DNA from: an uncultured Gammaproteobacteria bacterium
GTDB lineage: Bacteria; Pseudomonadota; Gammaproteobacteria; UBA9214
Reading direction: 5' to 3'
DNA: 64,000 nucleotides
Assembly (NCBI GenBank): GCA_963827755.1
Contig: CAWHCQ010000010.1
Coordinates: forward strand, 1,999-65,998
Shown piece by piece: positions 41,685 through 52,680 of the stretch. A program made the translations under genes and the position numbers. How positions within the stretch are numbered: the stretch's first letter is position 1; every line of letters starts with the position of its first letter. The notes under the pieces were generated by a model that worked only from the letters and a program-made list of their open reading frames with translations, was not told where the DNA came from and searched no databases.

Positions 41685-43359
41685 CATCCGTTACGCAGCC
41701 CTCGGATGCATTCCTGACAAGCTTGATGTACTTGAACAGCGTGCCGCTTGCAGCCTTGTAGGGCGGCATGCTCCAGTCCTTGCGGCGCTGCTCCATCTCG
41801 GCGTCACTGACGGCTACGGACAGGAGCTTTGCTTCTGCATCGATGGTGACAAGGTCGCCGTCACGCAGCAGCGCAATCGGGCCGCCCTCCTGCGCCTCCG
41901 GGACGATATGGCCGATAATGAAACCGTGCGAACCGCCTGAAAAACGGCCGTCTGTCAGCAGCGCCACATCTTCACCGAGTCCCGCGCCCATGATTGCCGA
42001 GGTCGGCGTCAGCATTTCCGGCATGCCCGGACCGCCCTTGGGGCCCTCGTAGCGAATGACAACCACGTCGCCCTTGTTGATGCGGCCGTTTTCCAGGGCC
42101 TCGAGCATGGCCTCCTCGGCATCGAATACCTTCGCCGGCCCGCTGAACTTGAGGCCTTCCTTGCCGGTGATCTTTGCAACCGAACCGCCCGGTGCGAGGT
42201 TGCCCTTGAGTATCTGTATATGGCCGGAGGGCTTGATCGGTTTGTCAAGTGCGTGAAAGACATCCTGGCCCGGCTTGAGCCCCGGCAGATCCTGCAGGTT
42301 CTGCGCCACTGTTTTCCCGGTCACCGTCAGGCAATCACCCTCGATAAATCCCTCGGCCAGCAGGTATTTCATGACTGCCGGGGTGCCGCCCGCATTATGC
42401 AGGTCCTCCATGACGTATTTTCCACTGGGCTTCAGATCAGCCAGGAACGGCACCCGGTCACTGACGCGCTGGAAATCATCGATACCGAGCGGCACATTGA
42501 CGGCACGCGCCATGGCAATCAGGTGCAGCACGGCATTGGTCGAGCCGCCCAGCGCCATGATGATCACCATGGCATTCTCGAACGCCTGGCGCGTCATGAT
42601 GTCACGCGGCTTGATGTCCTTTTCCAGCAGGTTAAGGATCGCCTTGCCGGCATTGAAACATTCCTCCAGCTTGGCCGGATCTTCCGCCGGCGTTGAAGAA
42701 CTGTAGGGCAGCGACATGCCCATGGCTTCGATGGCCGAGGCCATGGTGTTGGCGGTATACATGCCGCCGCAGGCACCGGCACCCGGGCAGGCGTTGTCGA
42801 CAATGTGATGACGCGTCTCTTCATCGATCTTTCCGGCAATGAATTCACCGTAACTCTGGAATGCCGACACGATATCCAGTGACTGGTTCTTGTAATGGCC
42901 GGGTCGAATGGTCCCGCCATAGACCATCAGTGACGGCCGGTTGAGCCTGCCCATGGCGATTAAACAACCGGGCATGTTCTTGTCGCACCCGGGAAGTGAA
43001 ATATTGGCGTCATACCATTGCGCACACATCACCGTCTCGATCGAATCCGCAATCAGGTCGCGCGACTGCAATGAATAACTCATCCCGTCAGTACCCATGG
43101 AGATGCCATCGCTGACCCCGATGGTGTTGAAGCGCATACCGACCAGACCGGCCGCCTGCACGCCTTCGCGCACACGTGCGGCGAGATCGTTGAGATGCAT
43201 ATTGCAGGTATTGCCCTCGTACCAGACACTCGATATTCCGACCTGTGCCTTGTCCATGTCTGCGGCGGTCAGGCCGGTGCCGTGCAGCATGGCCTGTGAT
43301 GCTCCCTGTGATTTTGGCTGGGTGATGCGGGCGCTGTAGCGGTTCAACTGCTTGGTCAT
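41680..43359 (-). CDS. ilvD: dihydroxy-acid dehydratase
   Basis: 559 aa; [30 protein letters not shown]. The stop codon is the TGA of the last E4 unit. Confidence 0.95.
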   Translation of the reverse strand: MTKQLNRYSARITQPKSQGASQAMLHGTGLTAADMDKAQVGISSVWYEGNTCNMHLNDLAARVREGVQAAGLVGMRFNTIGVSDGISMGTDGMSYSLQSRDLIADSIETVMCAQWYDANISLPGCDKNMPGCLIAMGRLNRPSLMVYGGTIRPGHYKNQSLDIVSAFQSYGEFIAGKIDEETRHHIVDNACPGAGACGGMYTANTMASAIEAMGMSLPYSSSTPAEDPAKLEECFNAGKAILNLLEKDIKPRDIMTRQAFENAMVIIMALGGSTNAVLHLIAMARAVNVPLGIDDFQRVSDRVPFLADLKPSGKYVMEDLHNAGGTPAVMKYLLAEGFIEGDCLTVTGKTVAQNLQDLPGLKPGQDVFHALDKPIKPSGHIQILKGNLAPGGSVAKITGKEGLKFSGPAKVFDAEEAMLEALENGRINKGDVVVIRYEGPKGGPGMPEMLTPTSAIMGAGLGEDVALLTDGRFSGGSHGFIIGHIVPEAQEGGPIALLRDGDLVTIDAEAKLLSVAVSDAEMEQRRKDWSMPPYKAASGTLFKYIKLVRNASEGCVTDE

Positions 43360-43732
43360 GATTTTCTCCAGTCATGATTGCCGCTTGCGGCAACCGGGGG
43401 CTCATCCACGTACAAAGGTTGGCCATTGTACAGACGGACCCGCCGCTGCTGAACCGCCGGGAAGGTCGTCACCCGGATTGCACAGGCCAGGCCGGCTGGC
43501 GGCTTGCCGAAGCAGCGGACGAAGCTTGCCTCGCAGGCGAGCAAACAGCCGGGCGAGGTGAAACAGGGATATGCCAAATAATTGGCAGGATAAATTTTAT
43601 AATATCAATATTAATCAATAACCTGGATTAATAATTTTTTCAGTTTAGGGCTTGCTTTCCAGTGAATCGATGATACTATATTAGCAGTTGCTTATTTTAT
43701 TAAGCATTAAATTACCTGGCAGGAGGTGAGCC

Positions 43733-43858
43733 ATGTATATCGACAATCTGACGCTGGTTTCGCTTGTTGTGTTTGCAGTTGCCTTGGGCAGCTTTATAAA
43801 AGTATGCCTGATAGACAGCTGCATGACAGGCGGAAACACAGGGGATAAACACCGGTAA
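43733..43858 (+). CDS. candidate 41-aa single-TM peptide with a CxxxxC motif (below the ORF-track cutoff)
   Basis: ATG 43733 is preceded by the strong SD AGGAGGTGA at 6-nt spacing. MYIDNLTLVSLVVFAVALGSFIKVCLIDSCMTGGNTGDKHR. It lies 70 nt upstream of the rhodanese gene. Confidence 0.3.
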   Translation: MYIDNLTLVSLVVFAVALGSFIKVCLIDSCMTGGNTGDKHR

Positions 43859-43927
43859 CAACCTGAACGGGCTGTCATTCCCGCCAACGCGGGCGTGCCG
43901 GCCCGTTCAGTATTGAGGAATAAATAC

Positions 43928-44239
43928 ATGTACCAGGCAACCCTTTCACCCGACGATGCATACACCCTGATTGAACAGGGTGCGCAGCTTGTTGATGTGC
44001 GCCACCCGCATGAGTACGCGCGCAATGCACTGCCCGGCTCGGTGAATATACCGTTGCAAGTCATCCAGCAGGCAAACAAGCAGTTGCATAAAGACACACC
44101 GGTGCTGCTGTATTGCAACAGCGGACAACGCAGCGGTACAGCCATGCACCTGCTGCAGGCCTGCGGTTTCCGCCGAGTGCATAACCTTGGCTCTTACTGC
44201 AACTTCACCTGTCGTGAACAAAAAAACGGCCGCCGGTGA
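43928..44239 (+). CDS. rhodanese-like sulfurtransferase domain protein
   Basis: Start at ATG 43928 after GAGGA. Active-site loop LLYCNSGQRS. Confidence 0.8.
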   Translation: MYQATLSPDDAYTLIEQGAQLVDVRHPHEYARNALPGSVNIPLQVIQQANKQLHKDTPVLLYCNSGQRSGTAMHLLQACGFRRVHNLGSYCNFTCREQKNGRR

Positions 44240-44246
44240 ACCTGTC

Positions 44247-44969
44247 ATGGAACTGCGCCAGTTATTCGATCCCGGGAGTTCCACGTACAGCTACCTGGTA
44301 TGGGACCGGGAGAGCCGTGAGGCCGCATTGATCGATCCCGTGCAGGAACAGGTTGAACGGGACATAAGACTCATTCGGGAACTTGACCTGAAGCTGTGTT
44401 ATACCCTTGAAACCCATGTGCATGCCGACCACGTTACCGGCTCCGGCATGCTTCGAAACCGGCTCGATTCAATTGTCATGGTGCATGAAAACAGCCGGGC
44501 AAAATGCGCCGATGTCCTGTTAAGGGATGGTGACCTGTTACCGCTTGGCAGCGGCAAGATCAAGGTACTGTCCACGCCTGGTCATACAAACAGTGATGTA
44601 AGTTACCTGATCCCGGGCGCCGTGTTTACCGGCGACAGCCTGCTGGTACGTGGCTGTGGCCGCACAGATTTCCAGAGCGGTGACGCCGGCACCCTGTTTG
44701 ACTCCGTTACCCGGCGGTTGTTCACCCTGCCGGACTCAACGATCGTCTACCCGGCACACGACTACCAGGGGCGCGCCTCCACCACTATCGCCGAGGAAAA
44801 ACAGTACAACCCACGGCTCTGCGCGGGCATGACACGCGAGGCGTTTATCGCCATGATGAACAAGCTTGAACTCGGCCCACCACTGCACATGCATGAAGCC
44901 CTGCCTTCGAACCTGCGCTGCGGCACCCCGGATTTTCACACGCCCCCACCAAACACCTTTCAATTGTAG
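44247..44969 (+). CDS. MBL-fold metallo-hydrolase, ETHE1/persulfide dioxygenase-like
   Basis: Start at ATG 44247 (MELRQLFDPGSSTYSYLVWD...). ETHVHADHVTGSG metal motif; TPGHTNSDVSY; GRTDFQSGDAG. Confidence 0.8.
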   Translation: MELRQLFDPGSSTYSYLVWDRESREAALIDPVQEQVERDIRLIRELDLKLCYTLETHVHADHVTGSGMLRNRLDSIVMVHENSRAKCADVLLRDGDLLPLGSGKIKVLSTPGHTNSDVSYLIPGAVFTGDSLLVRGCGRTDFQSGDAGTLFDSVTRRLFTLPDSTIVYPAHDYQGRASTTIAEEKQYNPRLCAGMTREAFIAMMNKLELGPPLHMHEALPSNLRCGTPDFHTPPPNTFQL

Positions 44970-45065
44970 GGGCCAACTGTAGGAGCCAGCGCCAGCTGGC
45001 GAACCCCGCACCAAACCATCGCCAGCCCTTCGCCAACCCTTCGCCAGCTGGCGCTGGCTCCTGCA
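44966..45065. repeat. REPIN-like inverted REP pair (GTAGGAGCCAGCGCCAGCTGGCGAA class)
   Basis: GTAGGAGCCAGCGCCAGCTGGCGAA (44979-45003) faces TTCGCCAGCTGGCGCTGGCTCCTGCA (45040-45065). An extra GTAGGGGCC head sits at 44966. Confidence 0.7.
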
Positions 45066-45194
45066 ATGAATAGATACCTTCCCGCTTTTCCGGCCCCGGT
45101 TCAAGAATCTACTGAAATCGCCGATGGGCTGCAGATACCTGCCCGTCTAATAACTGTGGCTTTTATTCAACGGACCGGACCGAATGCGGGGCTT

Positions 45195-47176
45195 ATGAAG
45201 AACGACTCGAACAAACCGCTTGCACTTGGCTTCATGGCCATCCTTGTCCTGTTGTTCTCACTGGTATTCATATCCCTGGTACAAATCCAGACAAGCAACA
45301 AGAGCATGAAAGAACTGGTCGATGCGAGCTATATAAAGACAGCCGCCGCCAATGACATGCGTGACGCTACCCGCCTCGTATCCGGAAACCTGAAGACAAT
45401 AATGCTCTCAAAAGACAGCCCTCTCGCGACGAGGAATATCAACGCTACACAAGCCATGGCGGCAAATACCAGGCGGCCGGGGAAAATCCTGCACGGCCCG
45501 GCACGGAGAAACATGAGTCGGAAATTCTTGATGGGCTTGATCAACTGATCCCTGAATCTCAGCCCCGCAATGATGACACAGCCAGCCTGCTGACGAGCGA
45601 TGCAGCAGCGACCAAAACAGAAAAGGCACTGGAAAATGCCGCCGCGCACCAACAGAAAATACTTGCTGTTATCGAGGAACTCGTTGCCCTTGAAAGAAAG
45701 AATACAAGGCAGGCACTGGAGGCCAGCCAGGTTCATTACTCGGGCACCAGGCAGCTGCTGTTCGCCCTGACCGGTATAGCCCTGTTATTCATATTACTGG
45801 TCGCACGCGCCATAATGAAACATACTGCCAGAAAGAACCGGCAACTTGCCTACCAGTCAACACATGATGCACTTACCGGGTTGATAAACAGGCGTGAGTT
45901 CGAATGCCGGGTTGAACGCGCGATTGAAAACGCCCGCACACAGGATGCTACACACGCACTCCTGTATATGGACCTTGACCAGTTCAAGATCATTAATGAT
46001 ACCAGTGGTCACCTGGCGGGCGATGAACTGCTCCGGCAGCTTTCACATTTACTTCTCAGCAGCATTCGCCAGCGTGACACCCTGGGCCGTCTTGGTGGCG
46101 ATGAATTTGGCATGTTGCTCGAAAACTGCCCGCTGGAAAACGCTGTCAAGATCGCCAATGAACTGTTGACTGCAATCAACGGATTTCAGTTTACCTGGGG
46201 TGATAACACCTTCACTCCGGGTATAAGCATCGGCATCGTTCCAATAGACGACGGCAGCACCGATCTCGCCAGTGTGATGAGCGCAGCAGACTCTGCCTGC
46301 TATATTGCCAAGGAGTCAGGTCACGACCAGGTGCAGATCGCACATCTCGGTGACCGGCGCCTGCAACAGCGCCACGGTGAGATGCAATGGATATCGCGAC
46401 TTGCAAAGGCACTGAAAGAGGACCGCTTCACACTGTATTTCCAGCCAATACTTCCCTGTGCAGGTCGCCAGGGCGTCGACAAGCATATAGAAATCCTGTT
46501 GCGCCTGATCGATGAAGACGGCACGGTAATATCCCCCGGTTGTTTTCTTCCCGCCAGCGAAAAGTACAACATGGCTGCCAGCATCGATCGCTGGGTTATC
46601 AGCCACGCCATGGAGTGGCTGGCCGATGAGCCTGCACGTGGAGACTGGCCGGTAATCATTTCCATCAACCTTTCCGGGCAATCCATTGGTAACCCGGAAA
46701 TGTTGAAGTTCATCATTAATGAGCTGGAGAGAACCGGTGCCGCCCCCGGGAAGATTATTTTTGAAGTCCCCGAAACAGAGGCAATTGCAAATATCTCTTC
46801 AGCAACCGGCTTCATGTTGACACTGCGGGGTTACGGCCTTCGATTCTCGCTCGATCACTTCGGCAGCGGCCTTTCTTCATTTACCTACCTGAAAAAACTT
46901 CCCGTGGATTTTCTTAAAATCGACGGTTCCTTTGTGCGCGACATACTCTCCGATCCCGTGGACCGCGCCATGGTCAAGGCCATCAACGAACTTGGACACC
47001 TGCTTGGCAAGCAGACCATCGCCGAGTACGTTGAAACACATGAACTGGCGGAAGAATTGCACAGGATGGGCATGGATTTCGCGCAGGGTTCTGTCTACGC
47101 CAGGCCTCAACCACTGGCCAACTTTTCCCGGGCGACGGGACCACACCTGGTCGTAGTTGCATCCCGCCAACCGTAA
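45195..47176 (+). pseudogene. GGDEF-EAL signalling protein with an N-terminal membrane sensor region, at least one frameshift
   Basis: N-terminus MKNDSNKPLALGFMAILVLLFSLVFISLV is in the frame of ORF 45066. From ~45430 the sequence (DEEYQRY...ILDGLDQLIPES...second TM LLFALTGIALLFILLV) is in the frame of ORF 45815..47176. That ORF carries GGDEF (RLGGDEFGML) and EAL (FEVPETE, DHFGSG) domains. Confidence 0.8.
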
Positions 47177-47237
47177 TAGTTGTTCCGGCTTGTGTCGCTG
47201 GAGATCACTTGTTATAAGAGACGTCAGGGAAAAACAC

Positions 47238-48563
47238 ATGACGCAAAAATTACTGCACAAGCAATTTGTCGAGAGCTTCCGCCAGTCGGCGCCCTACATC
47301 CACGCACACAGGGGCCGCACCGTCGTGCTTGTCTTCGGGGGCGAGGCCGTTGCCGACCCGCAGTTCTGCAACCTGGTTCATGATATTGCCCTGCTTCACA
47401 GTCTCGGGATCCAGCTGGTACTGGTCCACGGGGCAAGACCCCAGATCGAAAACAGGCTCAAGGCCGGCAAGGTAAAACCGGCCTACGCCAGCGGGCTGCG
47501 TATTACAGACGAGGACGCGCTGGCGTGCGTGAAGGAAGCGGCCGGTTGCGTTCGTGTCGAAATAGAGGCCCTGCTGTCCATGGGCCTTGCCAATACCCCC
47601 ATGTCCGGTGCGCGCATCGGTGTAACGTCGGGAAATTTCGTCATCGCCCGTCCGCTGGGTGTGCGCGAGGGGATCGATTACCAGCATACCGGCGAGGTAC
47701 GCCGCATAGATGCAGAGGCCATCCGGCAACACCTTGCAGACAGGCGCATCGTACTGCTTTCCCCCCTGGGTTACTCGCCAACGGGCGAGGTGTTCAATCT
47801 CAGTGCCGGTGAAATTGCTACGGCTGCAGCAGCCGCGTTGCAAGCAGACAAACTTGTAATCATGGCTGAAGGCGGGACCCTCAGGGGCGCTCGCCGCCAG
47901 CTGATATCACAGCTGACACTGGACGAGTGCACGAAACTGCTTGAATCGAAACGCCGGCTGCCGGCAGACACAAGACAACACCTGGAACATGCAATACAGG
48001 CCTGCCGTTACGGTGTCGGGCGGGTACATATACTCGACCGCAACATCAATGGCGCGCTGTTGCTGGAACTGTTTACCCGCGACGGGCTCGGCACCCTGGT
48101 GACGGCCGAGATCTACGAGGGCCTGCGTGCTGCCACTATCGACGATGCCGGGGGCATCCTGGAACTTATCAAGCCCCTCGAAGACGATGGCATCCTGGTG
48201 CGGCGCTCACGCGAACGCCTGGAGATCGAGATCGCCCATTTCCATGTCATCGAGCGTGACGGCATGATCATTGCCTGCGCAGCGCTGTACCCCAGCGAAA
48301 GAAAGACGCTGGCTGAACTGGCCTGCCTCGCCGTGCATGCAGATTACCGGGATGCGGGACGTGGCGATGCCCTGTTGCAGAAAATGGAAGACCTTGCCAT
48401 CAGGGCAGGCATCAGCAAACTCATGGTGCTCACCACCCATACCGCCCACTGGTTCAGGGAGCGCGGCTTCCTGCCAGGTGACAGGTCGGAACTGCCGGCA
48501 AAAAAGAAAAACCTGTACAACTATCAACGTAATTCAAAGGTTTTCTTCAAGCAACTGGCCTGA
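47238..48563 (+). CDS. argA: amino-acid N-acetyltransferase (N-acetylglutamate synthase)
   Basis: Start at ATG 47238 after AGGGA. FVESFRQSAPYIHAHRGRTVVLVFGGEAV kinase-like domain plus a C-terminal GNAT domain. Confidence 0.9.
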   Translation: MTQKLLHKQFVESFRQSAPYIHAHRGRTVVLVFGGEAVADPQFCNLVHDIALLHSLGIQLVLVHGARPQIENRLKAGKVKPAYASGLRITDEDALACVKEAAGCVRVEIEALLSMGLANTPMSGARIGVTSGNFVIARPLGVREGIDYQHTGEVRRIDAEAIRQHLADRRIVLLSPLGYSPTGEVFNLSAGEIATAAAAALQADKLVIMAEGGTLRGARRQLISQLTLDECTKLLESKRRLPADTRQHLEHAIQACRYGVGRVHILDRNINGALLLELFTRDGLGTLVTAEIYEGLRAATIDDAGGILELIKPLEDDGILVRRSRERLEIEIAHFHVIERDGMIIACAALYPSERKTLAELACLAVHADYRDAGRGDALLQKMEDLAIRAGISKLMVLTTHTAHWFRERGFLPGDRSELPAKKKNLYNYQRNSKVFFKQLA

Positions 48564-48846
48564 AAACCCGGTACCTGGTCACAAAAAAGCGAATTGAGCG
48601 ATGCACCGGCTTTAGATTCAAGACCGCCAACCGATAACAGGACAAGAGGCAAATAGCCAGCATAGTCAACGTGTTACTAGCAGAATCAGGGAGACTATTG
48701 TGAATATTGAATTTACACGGAGTCTAAATCACGTATTATAAATAAGGTTGGCAGTGCTGCCTGCCGGGATACGCCCTGTCGCGGGGAACGCTTTCTTCAG
48801 GCAGCCTGGCACCGGGGCAGCAGCGCAATTCAGTGAGAAATGACAG

Positions 48847-49668
48847 ATGGCAGAAAGCAGCGTGCAGCGACAATCCGGGCAGGTCATCAAGGCACTGCAA
48901 ATTACAGATCTGCACCTGTTTGCAGGCAGTGAAGGAACGCTGGTCGGATTAAACACCGAACAATCACTGGAGGCCGTCGAGGCACAGATCAGGGCAAACG
49001 ATCTGCCCGCCGACCTGATTCTTGCCACCGGTGACCTGGTGCATGACGGTACAGAGGCGGCCTATCAACGTTCATTTTCACACCTGGCAAGTTTTGGATT
49101 ACCGGTATATTGCCTGCCGGGCAACCATGATGAACTGCAGGCCCTGAAAGCAAGCGCCAATGGCGGTTTAATCAACTACGTGGAACATTGCCACCATGGC
49201 AACTGGCATTTCATATTCCTGGACTCCACCATTCCCGACAATGACGGTGCCCATCTGACCAGGGAATCCCTGCAGATACTGGAAACACACCTGCAATCCG
49301 CACCCGATGCCCACACACTCGTATGCCTGCATCACCAGCCGGTGAAAATGGGCAGCCAGTGGCTCGATACCATGGCACTGGATAACCCGGATGAATTCTT
49401 TGCCATCATCGACCGCTATCCACAGATCCGCGGCATCCTCTGGGGACATGTACACCAGCAATATGACGGCATGTATAAAAACATCCAGATGATGTCCTCG
49501 CCGTCAACCTGTATTCAGTTTCTGCCCAAGAGCAAGGAATTTGCACTGGACAACGCGGCACCGGGATACCGCTGGCTGGAACTGCACCCGGACGGCCGAA
49601 TAGAAACCGGTGTAAACCGGATCGCCAGCGTCACCGGCAGTGTCGACATGGCCTGCAACGGCTATTAG
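48847..49668 (+). CDS. cpdA: 3',5'-cyclic-nucleotide phosphodiesterase (CpdA-like metallophosphoesterase)
   Basis: 273 aa; LQITDLHLF, ATGDLVHDG, LPGNHD, VCLHHQP, GHVHQ. Confidence 0.8.
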   Translation: MAESSVQRQSGQVIKALQITDLHLFAGSEGTLVGLNTEQSLEAVEAQIRANDLPADLILATGDLVHDGTEAAYQRSFSHLASFGLPVYCLPGNHDELQALKASANGGLINYVEHCHHGNWHFIFLDSTIPDNDGAHLTRESLQILETHLQSAPDAHTLVCLHHQPVKMGSQWLDTMALDNPDEFFAIIDRYPQIRGILWGHVHQQYDGMYKNIQMMSSPSTCIQFLPKSKEFALDNAAPGYRWLELHPDGRIETGVNRIASVTGSVDMACNGY

Positions 49669-49677
49669 AACACTGTC

Positions 49678-49826
49678 AGAAGTCCTGAGAAGTGAGAAGT
49701 AAGCAAGTACACAGCCAGGTGACTGTTTCTGAATGTAATGGCCACGGAATCCACGGATGCACACTTAAAACTAAAGTCATTAACTGACTTTTCACTTCTC
49801 ACTTCTTCACTTCTGACTTCCGTGGC
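49678..49826. repeat. heptamer-hairpin element E5 (short arms) with a half core ATGGCCACGGAATCCACGGATG (49739-49760)
   Basis: Left arm CAGAAGTCCTGAGAAGTGAGAAGTAAGCAAG. Right arm TTTCACTTCTCACTTCTTCACTTCTGACTTCCGTGG. Confidence 0.85.
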
Positions 49827-49861
49827 AAAACATCTAAATGCCTTGTCAGCCTCAACCAGCC

Positions 49862-51079
49862 CTACTGAACCAGCTGGTTCAAATCAAAAATCGGCAGCAG
49901 GATCGCCAGCACAATCACCAGCACCACCGCACCCATCAACAGTATCAGCACGGGCTCGAATAGCCCCAGCAAGGCGGCGATCAGCGTTTCGATTTCACGC
50001 TCCTGGTTGATGGCCGCACGCTCCAGCATTTCTTCCAGCTTGCCGCTGGCTTCGCCACTGGCAATCAGGTGCACCGTCATGGGCGGGAAGTAGCCGCTTC
50101 TCTCCAGGGCTGAGGCAATACTTGCACCCTCACGTATGCGTGCAGCGGCCTCGGTAACGGCCTCACGCATGGGCATGTTGGACATCACCTGCGCAGAAAT
50201 ACGCAAGGCCTCCAGCACCGGCACGCCACTGGCCGTGAGGATACTCAGGGTCCGGGCAAATCGACCGGTATTCAGGCCACCGACCAGCCGGCCGATCAGC
50301 GGCAGCCGCAGCAGAAACCGGTGAAAACGCCTGCGGTTTGCGTCGTAGCGCAACAGGTAGGTGAAGCCGGCGACGCCCAGCATAATCAATACGATGAGTA
50401 TCAGTCCCCATTCGCGCAGGAAATCGCTGACGGCAATCAGCCCCCGGGTCAGGCCCGGAAGATTCTGCCCGATATTGTCAAACACCTGTACGACCTGCGG
50501 CACCACGTAGGTCATCAAGCCGCCGACAACCAGGACGGCAACCAGTGTCAGCATGGCCGGGTAAAACACCGCCAGTTGAATCTTCTGGCGCAGCTGCTGG
50601 CGACTCTCGGTGTAATCGGCGAGGCGTTCCAGCACCCTGTCGAGGTGACCCGATTGCTCGCCGGCCTCGACGGTTGTCCGATACAGCTCGGGAAAGACAT
50701 TCCTGAAATCCGACAGGCCCGCTGCCAGCGTATGGCCCTCCATGACACGTGAGCGAACGGCCAGTAATATTCTTTTCAGTCGCTGATTTTCAGACTGCTG
50801 CGAAACAGCGCGCAGGCATTCTTCCAGTGGCAGACCGGCACGCACCAGCGTCGCGGTCTGCCGGGTCATCAGCGCGAGGTCTGTTGCACTGATACCCCGC
50901 TGCAGAAATGATGGCCGGCCGCGACGAGTCGTCTCGCGCTGTATGACCTCGTTGACCTCGAGCGGGATCCAGCCCTGGTCGCGCAATTGCTGGCGTACCT
51001 GGCGCGGGGCATCACCTTCGATGACGCCTTTTTTCTCACGGCCGGACTTGTCCAGCGCCTTGTATTCAAAGGCACCCAT
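49862..51079 (-). CDS. gspF: type II secretion system inner-membrane platform protein GspF
   Basis: 405 aa; MGAFEYKALDKSGREKKGVIEGD; two GspF repeats; three TM segments. Confidence 0.9.
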   Translation of the reverse strand: MGAFEYKALDKSGREKKGVIEGDAPRQVRQQLRDQGWIPLEVNEVIQRETTRRGRPSFLQRGISATDLALMTRQTATLVRAGLPLEECLRAVSQQSENQRLKRILLAVRSRVMEGHTLAAGLSDFRNVFPELYRTTVEAGEQSGHLDRVLERLADYTESRQQLRQKIQLAVFYPAMLTLVAVLVVGGLMTYVVPQVVQVFDNIGQNLPGLTRGLIAVSDFLREWGLILIVLIMLGVAGFTYLLRYDANRRRFHRFLLRLPLIGRLVGGLNTGRFARTLSILTASGVPVLEALRISAQVMSNMPMREAVTEAAARIREGASIASALERSGYFPPMTVHLIASGEASGKLEEMLERAAINQEREIETLIAALLGLFEPVLILLMGAVVLVIVLAILLPIFDLNQLVQ

Positions 51080-51153
51080 GTCAGCCGGGGAAAGAGTTAC
51101 TCGAAATTACACACATGCTGTTTCGACTGCACCTGCCGTAAGAGGTTGGCTGT

Positions 51154-52677
51154 CTAGCTACTCTGGGTAACGCGCAATACTTCCTCAACCGAGGTGATTC
51201 CCTGCAATACCTTGCGCCAGCCATCCTCGCGCATACCGGGTGAATCTTCACGCGCAACCCGTTCCATTGCCTGCTCACCATCACCGTCATGGATCATCGT
51301 GCGCAGGGTCTCGCTCACTTCAACCAGCTCGTAGATACCGGTTCGCCCGCGGTAACCAAGCTGCTTGCAGTGGGCACATCCGCGGACACGATAAAGGACA
51401 GGCGCTGCATCTTCCGCAACCCCCAGCATCCGGCACTCATTCTCGCCGGCCGTGTAGGGTTCCTTGCAGTCGTTACACAAAACCCGCACCAGCCGTTGCG
51501 CCAGTACCCCGATCAGGCTGGAGGATAAAAGAAAGGGCTCCACGCCCATATCACGCAACCGGGTTACCGCACCGACTGCACTATTGGTATGCAGGGTGGA
51601 AAAAACCAGGTGGCCGGTCAGACTGGCCTGTACGGAGATCTCCGCAGTCTCCAGGTCACGGATCTCGCCGACCATCACCACATCCGGGTCCTGACGGAGG
51701 ATGGCACGCAGGCCACGTGCAAAGTCCAGGTTAACCTTGGTATTGACCTGCGTCTGCCCGATCCCGTCAAGGTAATACTCGATCGGGTCTTCAACCGTCA
51801 TGATATTACGGCTCTTGTTGTTAAGACGCCCGAGCGCGGCATACAGGGTCGTGGTCTTGCCCGACCCGGTCGGGCCGGTTACCAGGATAATGCCGTGTGG
51901 CCTTTGAATAAGACTGTCGATCACATCTCTTGTGTGCGCGGCCATTCCCAGACTCTCGAGATCGAGGCGGCCGGCCTGTTTATCGAGCAGGCGCATCACC
52001 ACGCGCTCACCGTTACCGGATGGCAGTGTCGAGACACGCACATCGACCGCCCGCCCGGCGACCCGCAGCGAGATACGGCCATCCTGCGGCAGGCGCTTCT
52101 CGGCGATATCCAGGCGCGCCATGACCTTGATGCGTGACACCAGTAATGGCGCAAGCACCCGTTGCGGCTCCAGCACCTCGCGCAGCACACCATCACAGCG
52201 GAAACGTACGACCAGGCGGTTCTCGAAGGGCTCGATATGGATATCCGAGGCATTTTCCTTTACCGCCTCGGTAAGCAGTGCATTAATCAGGCGAATGATC
52301 GGCGCATCGTCTTCGCTTTCCAGCAGATCTTCCGGCTCGGGCAGATGCTCGGCGATATCCATCAGATCCATCTCGTCACCCAGGTCATCCATCATCTGCA
52401 TGGCTTCGCTGGAATCCTGCTCATAGGTATTGGCAAGCAGCGTCTCGAACCTGTCCCTGTCGACGAGCGTGAGTGACAACGGCTGCCCCATAAAGCGGCG
52501 CAGCTCGGACAGCGCAGCCGGGGCTATACTGGAACAATGCAGCACCAGGGCCTTGCCATCCTGTTCGCCTGTGACCAGCAAGCCGTGCCGCTTGGCAAAC
52601 ATGAATGGCGGGCGACGTAACCCGGCAGATACTTCGGTGTTGATTTCCCCGGCGGATTGAAGCGGCGTTTCAGACAT
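51154..52677 (-). CDS. gspE: type II secretion system ATPase GspE
   Basis: 507 aa; Walker [11 protein letters not shown]; Asp box; tetracysteine CNDC...CAHC. Confidence 0.92.
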   Translation of the reverse strand: MSETPLQSAGEINTEVSAGLRRPPFMFAKRHGLLVTGEQDGKALVLHCSSIAPAALSELRRFMGQPLSLTLVDRDRFETLLANTYEQDSSEAMQMMDDLGDEMDLMDIAEHLPEPEDLLESEDDAPIIRLINALLTEAVKENASDIHIEPFENRLVVRFRCDGVLREVLEPQRVLAPLLVSRIKVMARLDIAEKRLPQDGRISLRVAGRAVDVRVSTLPSGNGERVVMRLLDKQAGRLDLESLGMAAHTRDVIDSLIQRPHGIILVTGPTGSGKTTTLYAALGRLNNKSRNIMTVEDPIEYYLDGIGQTQVNTKVNLDFARGLRAILRQDPDVVMVGEIRDLETAEISVQASLTGHLVFSTLHTNSAVGAVTRLRDMGVEPFLLSSSLIGVLAQRLVRVLCNDCKEPYTAGENECRMLGVAEDAAPVLYRVRGCAHCKQLGYRGRTGIYELVEVSETLRTMIHDGDGEQAMERVAREDSPGMREDGWRKVLQGITSVEEVLRVTQSS

Positions 52678-52680
52678 CCC

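Noticed and set aside
43360-43560. GC-rich ~200-nt region upstream of ilvD as a riboswitch or attenuator
   Set aside because: I could identify no leader peptide rich in Ile/Leu/Val, no terminator/antiterminator pair, and no known riboswitch motif. It is left unannotated.
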